A DNA stretch of 63,268 nucleotides, the filler included, from Choristocarpus tenellus KU-1152 (Eukaryota; Protista; Phaeophyceae): NCBI GenBank assembly GCA_964200185.2. It is 9 parts of 9 records of this genome, joined end to end, with 100 filler letters (N's around TTAATTAATTAA, not from the genome) between each part and the next. Parts side by side here need not be neighbours in the genome. Positions count along the whole stretch, not along the records: positions 1 to 3,051 come from CAXNAD020022671.1; positions 3,152 to 10,609 come from CAXNAD020006121.1; positions 10,710 to 13,316 come from CAXNAD020026332.1; positions 13,417 to 21,602 come from CAXNAD020005030.1; 5 more parts are not named here. One strand, 5' to 3'. A program made the position numbers and the translations under genes. Shown piece after piece: positions 1 to 13,766 of this stretch; position 1 is the stretch's first letter; every line of letters begins with the position of its first letter. Under the pieces are notes generated by a model that saw only the letters and a program-made list of their open reading frames with translations, did not search any database and was not told the origin of the DNA.

Positions 1-1252
1 AGGGGGGAGAGGAGTGGGAGGATATTGCAGGAAAGTAGTAGTTAAATCCAGGCTACACCAAATTGTTTCAGTGACTACGCAAGTGGCATTGTCTAGACAT
101 GTCATGCGCTTTAAACTGGAGTCACCAGGGAGATGGGCACGGAGGGGTTTATTGTATTCTTGGGATGCCTCCATAGTCCCTCCCCCCAGGGCCCAGGAGT
201 AGGTAGATTGGAGACCTTTTATTAAATTTATATTTTATTTTTTTTCTATTATTTTTTTCTCTAATCTTTTTATATCATTTTTATTTCTTTTCCTCCCGCT
301 CCATTTTTTCTGTCCTACTATTTTTTTTTCCGATCATTCGTTGTTTGCATCGCTTATATGTATATATATATTTTTTTGTTTTATCATATATGATTTTTTG
401 TTGTAATATTTCAAACAAACATATATCCATCCGCATTGCACAACTTCAACGTCTCACCACCCCCTTTCCCCACCCTCCCCATCTGCCCCACACTTCTCCT
501 TTTTTGGGAAAAGATTTCATGTCACGTTTCCAGGTGGTGGACGTCTGCAAGGCCAGAAGGGACTGGGTACACGCCTCTTTTTCCAATGAGACTCTCCTTC
601 GCCAGCAGCAGGGGAACAGATACTTCTGTAGGTACAGAAATAAAATAAGAATAACCTTTTTTTGTAAAATAAGAAATATTGATCTGAGGATAATTTTGTA
701 AAATTAAGAATATACTGATGGTAGTGATAATTTTGTAAAATTAAAAAAATAACGATAGTAATGATAATCTTGTAGAATAGAATAAGTGATGATAGTAATG
801 ATAGTCTTATAAAATAAAAGGATAAAGATGGTAGTGATAATCTCGGAAAATATAATGAAGACTGATTATGTAATGAGTGTAAAAAAAATTAAACGCAGGG
901 AGAGAAAAAAAAAAAAAATCAAAAACGCTCCTGAAAAAGTGAAAACGTTTTTTATTTTATTTGTATATATTTTTGTAGTGATGAAGAGGAGAGAGAGAGA
1001 GAGTTGTTCAAAAATATGTTTCAAAGAAGTAGGTTTAGGTTCTGTTGAGATTTTTTGTAGGATAACTATTATTAGATTTAGTGTGTTGGAGTGCGTTGAA
1101 ACGACTATTGACGTACTTTTTTTCTGTATTATTTTAAAAATATTTTTGACTCTTGTAACCAGCAACGTCGAGGAGGTATATGTATTGAAAAAAATAGTGG
1201 ACAAGAAGAAAGCCCCCCTAGGGTGATGGATAGAAGGGGGAGGGGGGTCTTA

Positions 1253-1550
1253 TTTAGTATGAAAGTGGTCTTAGTATGAAAGTGGTCTTTTTTGTATGAA
1301 AGTGGTATTTAGTATGAAGGTGGTATTATTTAGTATGAAAGTGGTCTTTTTTGTATGAAAGTGGTATTTAGTATGAAGGTGGTATTATTTAGTATGAATG
1401 TGGTATTATTTAGTATGAAAGTGGTATTATTTGGTATGAAAGTGGTATTATTTCGTGTGAAAGTGGTCTTATTTGGTATGAATGTGGTCTTATTTTGTAT
1501 GAAAGTGGTATTATTTAGTATGGAAGTGGTCTTTTTTAGTATGAAAGTGG
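1253..1550. repeat. 21-bp minisatellite (AGTATGAAAGTGGTATTATTT-like), ~14 units
   Basis: Direct tandem units visible; gives the repetitive ORF MKVVLFS... Confidence 0.9.
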
Positions 1551-1720
1551 TGAATCTTTTTATTTTATATTATTTTTGTAGGTATAGTGAGAAATTGTCA
1601 TAACGTGTTTTTACCTCTCTAGTTGGTGTTAGGATTGGGGTTAACAATTTAAATTGCTGTATAGTAGTATGTAGGGTTAGGGTGCTAGTCCACAAGCCTC
1701 GATTGTATCCCCACCTATGG

Positions 1721-1755
<35 letters not shown>

Positions 1756-2161
1756 GCCTTTGACTCTCCATTTTTCTATTTTTTCGGTACTGTTGGAGAT
1801 GTAGGAAGGCGTTGGAGGTGTGTGCTCCGGAGTGTGAAGGTGGTTCTGCTTGGGTGTACATATCTGTTGTACAGCCTGATAAGAGGGGAAGGACAGATAG
1901 GTGAGGTTCACACATGCTGTTGCCTAGTGAGTATGATAGTAATAATATTTTTCATGTGTTTATGTTGTGATTGATACGTGTAAATTATGTTTTGTTTAGA
2001 TGATTGATATATATATATATATATTATGTTTTGTATGTTTATATTGTGATCAGTGCACGTTTGTCTTGTTTACAGAAAAATTGTTTTGTTTAATTTGAAC
2101 ATCACTTGACTCCTATCATGTGATGTGTATCCTTGTTGGCCTGTAGGGGAGTGGCTAGGAG

Positions 2162-2285
2162 GCATCGCCACAGAGCCACATAGAGCATTGTCACAGAGCC
2201 ACATAGAGCATCGCCACAGAGCCACATAGAGCATCACCACAGAGCCACATAGGGCATCGACACAGAGCCACATAGGGCCACAGAG
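2162..2285. repeat. ~21-22-bp minisatellite (CACAGAGCCACATAGAGCATCGC-like), ~5-6 units
   Basis: Tandem units visible. Confidence 0.85.
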
Positions 2286-3051
2286 TAATTTATTGCACTT
2301 CCTAGTAGGAATATTTTCAAGGCTGTTTTTCATGGCGCTATGATTGATCCTTGCAATTTTTATTTTATTTAATTAACGATGATAAAAAATAAAGAGGAAA
2401 AAAAGGAAGTGTCCTGAAGGCGTCTGCGATTTAGTTGTTTTTAGTTGTTGCCGTGTTTGTCATCACGTAAGTCAATGATCAGCAATGAGACCAAGTTTTC
2501 ATTGTAATATTATTATTATTATTATATTTATTATTTATTATTTTTATGTCTGTCTTTTGTCGCGGGATGGTTAGGTCGTCTTTGTTAGTGCCAGAATGTC
2601 TTCCTTTGTAGACATAGACATAGCATAGACCATAAGAAGCAATCGGTTTGAATATGTGAGCATATACTCCAGTATTTTGTAAATGTGTAGGGGCGGGGCG
2701 TTGAGGGAAGAAAAGTCTGGGTGTGCATTGGGGCAGGGCAGGCAGACCTGGTGTGGAGGAGAGGATCACAAGAAACAGGTCAAGTGAGTTTAAAGTTTGG
2801 GATGGATTGGTAATTCGCAGACTTGAGGATTGGTAGTCCTCTCACTGGAAAACAAAAAAGCCTTCTCTCAAGTAACTCCTTACTACTCTTTCATCTCTTG
2901 CATGTAATTATTGACCAATCAGCTATTGGTACCAGCCACTTAGTCTACTGGTCGGCGAGGGAGGGGACAATGGTGGTCAAGGTTTACAGACCTTGAAGGC
3001 GGTATGTTTCAGTGGGGCACAGAGGTACGTATCTTCTTCTCATCCCCCCCC

Positions 3052-3151
3052 NNNNNNNNNNNNNNNNNNNNNNNNNNNNNNNNNNNNNNNNNNNNTTAAT
3101 TAATTAANNNNNNNNNNNNNNNNNNNNNNNNNNNNNNNNNNNNNNNNNNNN
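3052..3151. other. Artificial contig linker (44N-TTAATTAATTAA-44N); identical linkers at 10610-10709, 13317-13416, 21603-21702, 28261-28360, 40551-40650, 48705-48804, 53161-53260
   Basis: Eight identical 100-nt spacers carrying a six-frame stop cassette. Confidence 0.98.
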
Positions 3152-3465
3152 TAATTGGTTGTTCCATTACTCCATACATTTTTTACCGTAACTGTCCGAT
3201 AGAGTTGGAAGATTCTAATCGAATAGGTGAATGGGACTAAGGTCAGCCAAAGTCACAGGGAACTTTGCCGGCTCAGCATTGGAAATGGTGACAACAACAA
3301 CCCCCTACCTCATCGCACCAGATCTGGTAACCGTCGGAATACTCTTCCCAAAGTTGCTTTTTTCGAGATGTCTGCTATTTTTGTTTTGTTTGCTTCCATA
3401 TGAACTACCCTTGTGATGTGTGCGAGTGATGATTCTATTAGAGTGCTAGCGGATGAGCTCTCTAC

Positions 3466-5050
3466 ATAACCTAAGACTGTAAGAGCAGCACGTAGCTCTC
3501 CCGAATGTTATATATGGGATCGAGTTTGAGCAGAAGAGATGTCTGGTATTGTTATTGAATAATGTTTGGGTGATAGCCGTATTACCCGCTGGATGCAGGG
3601 CAATTGAGTGAAAGTATCTTAGAGGGTACGAGGTTTTCCCTGTTAGTCCATTTGGGGCTTGGCTTCCCACGGATTTTATTGACATTTTACCTACTCCAAA
3701 ATGCTTCGGAGTAGGTAAAATATAGAAGTTATGAAAAGATGTGTCCGGAATAAGGATACTGACATCTCCTAACAAACATGATAGCCAAAATTACGTCAAA
3801 ATTGCAACGTTGGATTTTGGCCCCCAAATAGACGTGGCTCTACCTCTAAGATACTTTGACTCATAGACACTAAATGGATTCACAAGCGTAAGACTAACAA
3901 ATTTGGTGAGGTAGTGAGATACAAGGCACGTTTGGTAGCAAAAGGATTTTGACAGATTGAGTGTTAGATTATCAAGATACCTTTGCTTCAACACTGTTCC
4001 CTGCGTCTTTGAAAATGGTTTAAGCATTAGCTGCAGACAAGGATTGGGAATTAAAGCAATGGAATGTTAAACGAGTTTGAAACCCGCAGATATAAGTGAA
4101 GGGATTTTGCGCGTTTATGTGATGGATGCGGTATATTGGCAGGAAAGATTTACGTTTAGTGAGAGCTCTTTATGGCACCAAACAGGCTAGCAGGGAGTTG
4201 AAATGATGTTTTGTTACATGTTTTGGAACAATGTGGTTTTTAACGATGCAGAGCAGATCCTTGTGTTTTACGGTATGTCAGATATGATGTTGTCTGTGCC
4301 GTAATAGCTCCTCACCTTGAAGATCTTTTAGTAGCTGGCATAAATAATGTGTTGATTTGGGTTCGCTCTAGGAATAAAGAGCAGTTTTCCATAAAAGACT
4401 TTGGTGACCTTGAAAATTATATGGGTTGTGATATTTGACGTGGCAGAATAGCACAGACAGTCACCATCAGTCAGAATAAGTACACCAAAGCATTTGCCAA
4501 AGATTTGGTATGGATGGGGCAAAAAAGAGGGCGGATACCCCATGAACTCTCAAGGACTTTGGACAAGAGTTGAGCATCACCCAAGTGTTGATGAAAATAT
4601 ACCGTACCAAGCGGTAGTTGGTAGTTTGATTTGGGCATCTGTCATGACTAGACTAGACATTGCAAATGCTGTTCGTGAGGTTGCCAAGTATAGTAGTAAC
4701 CCCAAAGTCATACATTGGCGTGCAGATAAGTGGATTTTGGCCTATTTTTATACGTGTCCCAGTGTTGGATTGAGTTTTGGTGGTTTTGATACTGGGTGTC
4801 AGTTGAGTGCGTACGCCGATGCTAGTTATGCTGGAGACTGGAATGATCGTAGATCAGTAGCTGGAGGAGCAATAATGTTTGGAGCAGATCTTGGAGATGT
4901 CAAAGGTACAAGGTTATAGCTCTGTCTCCCACGGAGAGTGATTACATAGCCCTTAGCAGTGTGGCACAGGAATTGCTTTTCTTGAGAAGTATTTTGGAGT
5001 TTATTCAGCCACAATTTCCTAGACGTTGCATTGGCTTGTTTGAGGATAGT
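3466..5050 (+). mobile_element. Decayed Ty1/copia LTR retrotransposon pol (RT + RNase H), interrupted by a MITE
   Basis: Motifs PKT...SP...W...EE, DTKWIHKRKTNKFGEVVRYKARLVAKGF, ALYGTKQASRE, PYQAVVGSLIWASVMTRLDIANAVREVAKY, AYADASYAGDWNDRRSVAG; several stops/frameshifts. Confidence 0.92.
3606..3862. mobile_element. MITE family A (~258 bp; TIR GAGTGAAAGTATCTTAGAGGGTA...) inserted in copia RT
   Basis: Imperfect TIRs; matches 14 other copies; removal with a 3-bp duplication (att/ata) restores RT frame A-I-D-T-K-W. Confidence 0.92.
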
Positions 5051-6759
5051 GCCTGTCCATTAGGGATGAAGGAAGGGAGAGTGTGGTGGTAATATACCTG
5101 TCTATCAGAGAAAAAAGGATAATAAAAGACTGTCCCAAATGTGACTCTCCCCTAGGGATGAAGAAAAGTTGACTGGCAGGAACAGACCCTGTGTTGGGAA
5201 TGGGAGATGATGTGGTTGAGCGCCTTGCACCCCTGTAGAACAGAGGCTCGGTTGCCATCTACTCAGAAGTGTGACGGGAACAGTGGTCTGAATTCTGTAA
5301 ATAGAGAGGAATGAGTAGGAAGTGGGACCGTAGAAATCGAGAGTTGGATGATGGGAAGGCACGAGTGGAGTTTACATGGCGTTGTTGCAGGAGTAGGGGG
5401 AACCAAGTAGGTAAATCAAAGACTAAGATTTCAGCAATTCAATACTACCGCAAACAATTTCTTAACGTCAAACTTCCCGAGCAACACATAATGATTTCCT
5501 CAGGGCCAAAGGGTGTGAGTAGGAGAAGAATATGGGGGATTTCAAGGTGGTACCAATTATGGAATGTGTCGTAGATCTCCCTCTGGACACCCTATTTAGG
5601 ACATATAGGGATGGGGAGAGGTGGAGGGTGATTACGAGGAGCCAAGCAACAACAGGCGTCTTGAAATGAATAGTGGGGGAGTGAAGGTGGAGACCAGAAG
5701 AGTGTGCCTCGTACTCGGGCAGGATAGGGGGTGTGACGAGAGTGGCAATAATGGGGGCGCCAGATATAGTAATACAGAGTGAGGGAAAGTGGAAATCGGG
5801 TTAATTCAGAGTATATATAAGAGCCAACCAGAGAGATCCTGTGTGGGTTTGAAGGGTGTGGCAGAGAGTAGGAAGGATTGGGTATAACAAGGGCAGGAGG
5901 TACTGGAATGAACTAGAGTAGAAATCAACTCCGAAGGGGAGGGGAGGACAAGTTCGGGGGGGGTAGATGTCTTCCAGTTCGAAGGCACAGTATGAAGTGG
6001 ATGATGAAGGGGTGTTCTTGGATGATTGTGGGGTGGGGTGGTGTTGAGTGGTGTGGGGAGTGGTAACTTGCGCGGGGTTGAGTGGGGTTGAAGGGTGGGG
6101 TGGTGACTGGAAATCAGTGGCGAAGGGGGTTTGTACTGGTTGGTCATCAGAGGTGGGCGGTGACTGAAAATCAATTGCGAAAGGGGTTCGCATTGCTCCT
6201 CTTTCCAATGATTGTCAGTCTACCCCCCTCTGCAGTGTTTCTTTTCTACTGCTATGCCGTTTGATGCATCGGAATAAGCATAGACAATGCCGTACAAAAT
6301 GCCAAAGGTCATAATAATATAATATACCACGCCTTCCATATTTTACCATGTAGGTAACACAAACCAATAACTACTACTACTCACTGTATCAGAAGGACTT
6401 GTGTAACTTACTGTACTATACTCCTGTCTGCTCCCGGATAAGTTACTTTGAGCTTGTTCTTCTCTGCAGTGGTCCTCAAAGGTTTGAAGCATCAGTATAC
6501 AATTGACCAGGGCCTAGGTCGTTTTTGCTACTATCGCCTATATTTTGCTTGATAGGTGTTTAACTTGGGGTAAAGATGCAAGAAGAATGTGTCCGAATCG
6601 GTGATTCAAGATCTCTGTTTCTCGCGTCAGCAAATACACTCAACTACTTCAAGTTGGAAGAAAGATGTATGAGGTAGGAACTATTATTCGTGGGTTTGTT
6701 TGTGCTGTGGCTCAACCCACCAATTTGGCCCACTGCCACTGTTGCCCCCCTCTCCTTAG

Positions 6760-7412
6760 ATGGGTCGAGACTGCAAACCCCTCGAGCAACATGATAATGG
6801 ATATGATGACTTCGAGAGGGAAGGGAAGGCAAAGGTTGCAATGAGTTGGACTTTAGGGATAATTTTCATTGTCCTGGTAAGCTTAGAAAATATGAGTGCA
6901 AAGGGTACAGAGATCTTATTGACTGTGTTGTGTGTGTGTTGTGCGTGTGAATTGCTTTTTTTGGTAAAGATTCGAGGTGGAAACAATGCGGGAAGGGGTG
7001 GCGATTCAAAATGTATAAATTTAATCTCGCTCATGCAGCTCTCGCAGTTCTGATGATTCCGAGGCGTTAACTGTATGAGGGTAGGGTTAAGATATCTGAG
7101 GTTCTCATGTCCCTTCCAGTGTTTTTGGCATCCCACTTCTTTTCGTCCGTTCGCCAGTCCTTTCCATTGGTACTAACTCGCCCCAGCGATCCCCCAATGC
7201 CGTCGCGCTTGAACTCAGACCTGCTTGATTTGGTCAACTGCCAGTGTCCTTGTGCAATACATTTATACGGACCACAACTTCAACCAACCGTTTTTTGTGA
7301 CGTTCTTTGGTGGCTCCTTGGTCTCGTTCTTCGTACCTGGACATCTGGCATATTCAGCTCTAGGCTTGCTCCAGAGCTCATCCCGAGGAACTAGCAACCG
7401 TGAGACAAGATG
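6760..7412 (+). CDS. SLC35F5-like / EamA (DMT superfamily) membrane transporter, 5' exons 6760-6876 and 7219-7412; later exons uncertain
   Basis: Spliced GT-AG, phase 0: WTLGIIFIVL|TCLIWSTASVLVQYIYTDHNFNQPFFVTFFGGSL resembles the SLC35F5/Thi74 N-terminus. Confidence 0.7.
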
Positions 7413-8885
7413 GTACTAGCCTTCAGAAAGCTGAGGTTTACATGGCAGTACTGCACCCAGTCCATTACCTATCACACCTGTTAGTTGGGATACCTTGCAG
7501 ATCCCCCACTAGGTTGGCACATGTCATCAGCTTATTGAAAGTTTGGTGACCAAACGCAGGCGATGGTAACAAAAAAAAAGATTTTGACGTCTAGCGCATG
7601 TAGTTGCAGGCTTTTTTGGTGCAAGGGGCCCTTGTGGAAGTCTTCTTTGTCACTTTTCCTTGAACAAAAAAATTAATCTCGTTTTCTGTATCTTACCCTA
7701 TATCCCGAACCCTCCCGTAGAGACATATGTTGTGTGTAAGGAATAAGATATTTCTGCATGTTTCATAGAGACCCATTCATTCATAAGAATCGGAATATAT
7801 ACTGCCCTGTCGTGTACTATACTAACCCTAACCCCTAAACCCTAATCCTAAACCCTAAGTAGCTCCTTGCAGTCGTGGTGAGCATCTATCTAAGCAACAC
7901 AATCTCTCAACCCCCATGCCCCCCTCCTCCCCTCCCTCTAGCTGTGACAACTTTCCTATGAGATCCTTCCTTCTTACGGTCTTTTTTTGCATCCTGTTTT
8001 ACTGCATTTTCAAGCATTGACATGAATCCTGCTAGGACGGAAATTTTTGTTCGCATCTTGTTTTTCATTTTTTTTAAATTATTGTATTATTTTTTATTTT
8101 TTATTTTCTCACGAATGTGGTGTAACGAGATGGCTGCAAAATGAGAAACAGAACGATTCTTGACCCCTCTTGTTACTGACTGTAGATATTATTGTGTGTG
8201 TGTGTGTGTGTGTGTCTTACTTTTGTGTGTGTAATCCATTGGTGTGGATGTTCTAGATGCAAGCTTCTGCCGTCGATTCTGCTTAGCCTAGAGAGGTAAA
8301 TTGCGTGATGGAGTAGGGTTGCTCTCTCCTGGAGGGGTGGAGGGGGATGGGGCGGGGGATGGGGGTGGGGTAGGAGGGATTCATAGCTTTCCGGTTTGGA
8401 GTAAGTTTGTCATTATATGGGCAGGATCGGGATCAGGGATTGTCAGGTGTTGAATGAAGGTGGTCTGTGTACATCAACCAATCGATCAATCAATCAAGAG
8501 TACTAAGTCTTTTTTTTTTTTTTGAGGGGGGGGGGGGGGGGGCGGGGTGTGCGGTAGGGACCTCGTGCTCGCAAGAAATGTAGGGTTAGGGTAGGAGTTT
8601 TGGTTGGAAGAGAATTGAGGGTTATTGTATCGGTGGGTGTAACGGTGTGTGGGCATTGTTATCTTTTTCCGTGTAGCAGCGTTAGAGTTGAGGGTTCTAA
8701 GCGAGTTGGAGTTGAGCGCTTGAAGGAGCAATGTTTTGCTTGCACTAAGTTTTTGTGGGTTTGTAGGGGCAATGTTGTGTTAAGGGTTGGAAATGGCAGA
8801 GAGCGTTGGATCCTCTGGTGTTGTGGAACGGACATTTATTTTTATTTTTATTTTTATTTTTATTTTTTGATCGTGCCTGCTAAGG

Positions 8886-8920
<35 letters not shown>

Positions 8921-9247
8921 GATAAAAGAGGGGGGAAAGAGGGGGGGGGGGGGTTTGGGGATGGGGGGGAAATAGAGANNNNNNNNNNTTTTTTTTTTTT
9001 TTTGTTTTTTTTGTGTTTGTGTTTGGGGGGGGAGGGGGTAGATACATATAATAGTGTGAAATTACGGAGGAGGAAATTTTGAAGTTATGGTGCAAATATC
9101 GAAGTGGAAATGAATAAACTTGTATTTTATTTTTTCTGTGGTTGCTATTATTTTGACTCGGATGGGAAGGTCAGATTCGACTCGGAAGTATCCTGGAGGG
9201 ATGTGGATTTTTGTCCATATTGTTGTTGCTTCTTCTTCTTCTTCTTC

Positions 9248-9287
<40 letters not shown>

Positions 9288-10768
9288 ATTGTCGAGGGGG
9301 ATTGAACTGAGTCAGAACCTACATACCCCTCTTTTTTGTGGCTCAAGTGGGGTTAACCCCCATAATGAGTCTGAGGGTGTAGAAGGAAGGATCATTGTGG
9401 ACGGGTGTTGGATTGGATTGGATTGGATTGGAGGTGGGGTTTTAAGAGGGAGGGAGGAGAAGAGCAATCTCAGAGACCCGACCCTTCTCAACAACAACGC
9501 GCCCCCCCTCTAGCATTCCTCGGCTCTCATGTTGGAGTAGAAGCTGCTGGGCAATGTGGAGCTTGTGTGTGTGGTTGTGACATTTGTGGAGTTTGTGTTG
9601 TGGTGGGTGTTTGTGTAGCAGGTGTGGGTTGAGTGTGCAGTGTGATGCTTGAGTAGGACAGAGCGTTGCCAATGATAAATTGAATAACCCGAAAGGAGAG
9701 CTAATGCGTGCCCTAAGTTGTGGGGGGCTGATTTCAGGGTGGACCCCAGCGCCTTGGGGGGCGAATCGGAACACGGGCAGGTGTTTGCTACATATTCGAT
9801 GGCTTTTTGCGGGTCCCATTCGTTCGGTGTAACAGCTTGATGTTTTTTTATGGAAGGCGGGTTGGGTTCTATGTGTTGGAGGACCTCGTTCGCGATGTAA
9901 AGCCAGGCATCGGAGACGAGACCTGTTTCTTGATCTCTACTACCGGATGAGTGGAGGGAATGACCAACTGCCAACACACATACATCCCTACTGTCCTCCA
10001 AGCCCTGCAGCGAACACAATAATATCAGCCAGTTTAGCGAGTTCTGTTTCTCATCGACAATGTCCCCGTTGGGACTATTTAGGATTTACTCCTTCGTTGG
10101 GACTACTTGAAGGTTCTCTTCCCCTCTGCAAGTATGATTGCAAGTTTGTCGTGAGAAAAATGCCTTCCCCCCCTCCTCCCCCCCCGTCCCTTGCCCCCTG
10201 CCCCCTGCCCCGGGGGTTTACCTTTTATAATTTTTCTCCTCATTTTTTTTTCTTTTTTTCAGGAGGCGAAGGACAACATCTTGATCCGAGCAGCGGCGGG
10301 AACTTTGGGAGTCTCAATGGCGCTGCTGTCAGCGAGGTTGAATCTCCTTTGGAGATGACAATGCAACCAAACGGAGGAGGAGGTCTGTCTCGCCCTGGGT
10401 GTCGTTCATACCCTCAGATTCTACCTGACAGCCCATGTTCCGAAACTATAATGGGTCTTTCTTTTTTTTTTTAGAGAAAGCGGGGGGTTTGTATCCCTCA
10501 GGCGTTCTCGGTGGAACGCCTCTCTCGTACACGCCTCTCTCATATACACACGGTGCTCTGCTGCTGGAGAGGTGGAAAAAACGTGTTTTTTACTTGCTAA
10601 CTATTGCACNNNNNNNNNNNNNNNNNNNNNNNNNNNNNNNNNNNNNNNNNNNNTTAATTAATTAANNNNNNNNNNNNNNNNNNNNNNNNNNNNNNNNNNN
10701 NNNNNNNNNCCACCCCCCAACCCACACCAGCCAGGCAGCCCTGTTCTGAACAACCCAGAAGGACAGAC

Positions 10769-13316
10769 CTCGCTTTCATAGAGCAGTCGCATGGTCTTGC
10801 CCTCCTCCTCCCTCCTCGACAGTTCCTCGGCCTTCTTCTGAAGAGTCTCTCCCACAGCAATCCTCTCCACATCACGCTCCTCTCTCAACTTCTTAATCTG
10901 AAGAGAGGTACGAGCAAAACACACACTGCAATTAACATTATTTGTTATCACAGTAGTAGTTCAAGAATACTATTACTATTACTATTTTATTATTATTATT
11001 ATTATTATATTTTATTATTACAGGAACCACACCAACAATTGACACCAAAATACAACAGTGTGCATCGACTTTCATTTTATACCTCGAAACTAAAAAAAGA
11101 AACAGAATAGGATGATTTATTATTATTTTTTTAATATCTTAAGCTGCCAAATACAACACGGGCAAACAAACGCCTCTACCCCAATAAAAAAAAGAGAGTA
11201 ATATTCCAAACACTAAAAAACAGACAATCGTTGACCACTGTTGCATGCATTCTTCAATAATAAAGTTATCTCCATTCACATCACTGCCATTAAAAAAAAA
11301 AAATTACACCGTAACAACACCCTCTCAACCCTAACCCTGGAAATGCAAACCATCAATAAAAAAACTCTATCACCTGCATCACCTCTCACCTAGTCGTATT
11401 CCGCTTCTAGATTTCACACAATCTTTTTTTTATTGGTTGTTGCGCTTCAGTTCAACATTCACTTAAAAAAAAAAAAGACTTCCTACCTCTAAACGGTTAC
11501 ACCCTTCGGAAGAATAATATAATATATTGCGAAATGCAGATAATTTAATTTGAATTAAAAAAAAAAATGTTCCTTTCCTTTCCTTTCCTTTCCTTTCCAC
11601 ACAAAAAATTGTTCCTTTCCATTACAGACCACTCCCACCACTCACCTCCGAAGTCAGCTTGGCATTTTGAACACCAAGGGCCTTCAATGTCTGATTCAGG
11701 GCGTGGTAGCTCATACCAGAAGCCTCGTAGTTGCTCATAACCCGCTGCTTCTCCTCTTGACGCTCCCTCTTGAGTGTCTCATTGGACCCCTTGAGGTGAT
11801 CGTTTTCCTTCCGAAGTTTATCCACCTTTTTATTTATTTATTATTATTATTTTAGTAGAAAAAAACGGTTTTGTCATTTACACACACACACACACATCAA
11901 CAAAAAAAAGACACAACATGAAAAATATTTATTTTTTACACGATGTCGGAATTGGATAGTAAGGGTCATCAATATTAGTAGAGTCTTTAGGGATATTTCC
12001 TACTAGAAATTATAAATTATAAATTAGGGTTAGGGACTTGCGAGATAAATCTACGGAATATGAAGACTGTTCCAATATTGCCTCAAATTGATGCTTTATG
12101 GTCCCCCTACAACTAGTACAACAGTCTTACACTCAAAAACAAAACGACATTCAATTCCAGCTATCAATACAGAAATTATCGCTTAAAAAAATAAAATAAA
12201 ATAAAAATATATATATATATCAAATAATAATAGTAATCCTATGAACTTTTACTCTCCACAACTATAGCTGAATTAAAAATGATAATAATAATAATAATAA
12301 AAGTCAAGTATTGACACCGTTCAACACATAGGTCATTATCATTATCATTATTATTATTATCATCGGCAGGGAAGATTGTGTCGATCCCTTGGTCAAAACT
12401 CCAAGATGTTGAAGAACCAGTTGTTGAGACTCTGGATACTCTGGTGTGGCACTGCTAGAAATGACCTCGTTTGACTCATTTGTTGACATAATCCTGTGTG
12501 TTGTGTTGAGTGTATGTTTAATCCATGTATCATCACAATAACTATTATCACTACTATTATTATTATTATTATTGATAGCCTCTATTAACATCCAATATTC
12601 TATCTCCACCACTTGCCAAACATGCACCTGATCACTCTTGTCACTCTTCATCACTGAAACACCGTCAAAACAACGAAACAAACGCCTCCTTATCACACAA
12701 ACACCATCCTGATACAACATTGCACACACAAACGCCATACACAAACAGGCTAATAATAGACGCCTGCACCTGGAGTTCAGAGAACCATATATTAACCATA
12801 GAGGAAAAACACAAAATATATTTTAGAACCACGTATATACACCTACCCATTACCAAGTGTTGACTTAGTACAGATCAACTTCCCACAGTACAGTACAGCA
12901 CTGAACCTTCAAAAGGACCACCTATGCCATTTATCAAAAACAAAAACACTTCCAAAAAAAAAAAGTCTAGATAAAAATGAAAAAAAGATTCCATATATAC
13001 TCACATCTATTTACACATACATGCATTTCATGTGCAGTACAACACAACACAACACAACACAACACAACACAACACAACACAACACAACACACCTTAAAGT
13101 ATCCACATCCCTCACAACCCTCTCCCCTTCCCCTCCTCACCTCTGTCTTGAGTGCGTGAATTATTTGGCTGCTCTCTCCCATGATGTCCAGACTAGTACC
13201 ACGCCGCTCCTGCTCTTCCTCCAGCAGCCGTGCTGCTTTCACTTTAGACCTGGGACTGAAGAACTCAAGCGCCCCACCCAATCCCCCCTGCCTAGTCTGA
13301 CTTTGCTGCTGCACCC
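10769..13316 (-). CDS. Partial coiled-coil protein (exons 13316-13141, 11825-11646, 10897-10769)
   Basis: Three phase-0 exons with GT donors (AG acceptors for the two complete ones) encoding E/K/R/L-rich helical sequence. Confidence 0.7.
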
Positions 13317-13766
13317 NNNNNNNNNNNNNNNNNNNNNNNNNNNNNNNNNNNNNNNNNNNNTTAATTAATTAANNNNNNNNNNNNNNNNNNNNNNNNNNNN
13401 NNNNNNNNNNNNNNNNGTTCTACATAATGAGGAAATAATCGAGTTATTTACACACACAAGTCTTGGGAACACCAGTTTCTTTAACAAGTGGTCTCTTGAA
13501 GGTTGAGTCGCGAGTAACCGCGTTGGGGAGATGCAGCAGTGGCTAACGTTCAATCGACAATTGACCTCTGCAAGGAAGAGGAACTGACCTGCAGGAGCTG
13601 GAATCATGAGCCGAACGATGAGGTGGCAAATAATGGGGGGGGACTCCTGATGGAGGAGGGGTAAAGGGGTGAGGTGGAAGCAGGGTGAGGGGGTAAGATG
13701 CACTGGAAGGTCAGTCGGTCGACCGATCGATCCTAAAAGGAAGGAGAGGTACAAACGGCATTCATC

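Noticed and set aside
1253-1603. CRISPR-like array / repetitive protein MKVVLFS
   Set aside because: Contiguous tandem units without unique spacers; the ORF is a by-product of a 21-bp minisatellite; eukaryotic context
3096-3107. Recurring TTAATTAATTAA motif
   Set aside because: Artificial six-frame stop linker between Ns
5560-6230. Pro/Thr-rich minus-strand ORFs with duplicated TPFA.DFQSPP
   Set aside because: No recognisable domain or splice structure; probably a decayed repeat, cannot assign
8500-9310. ORFs with poly-G/P/Y/I runs
   Set aside because: Homopolymers and microsatellites next to an N gap
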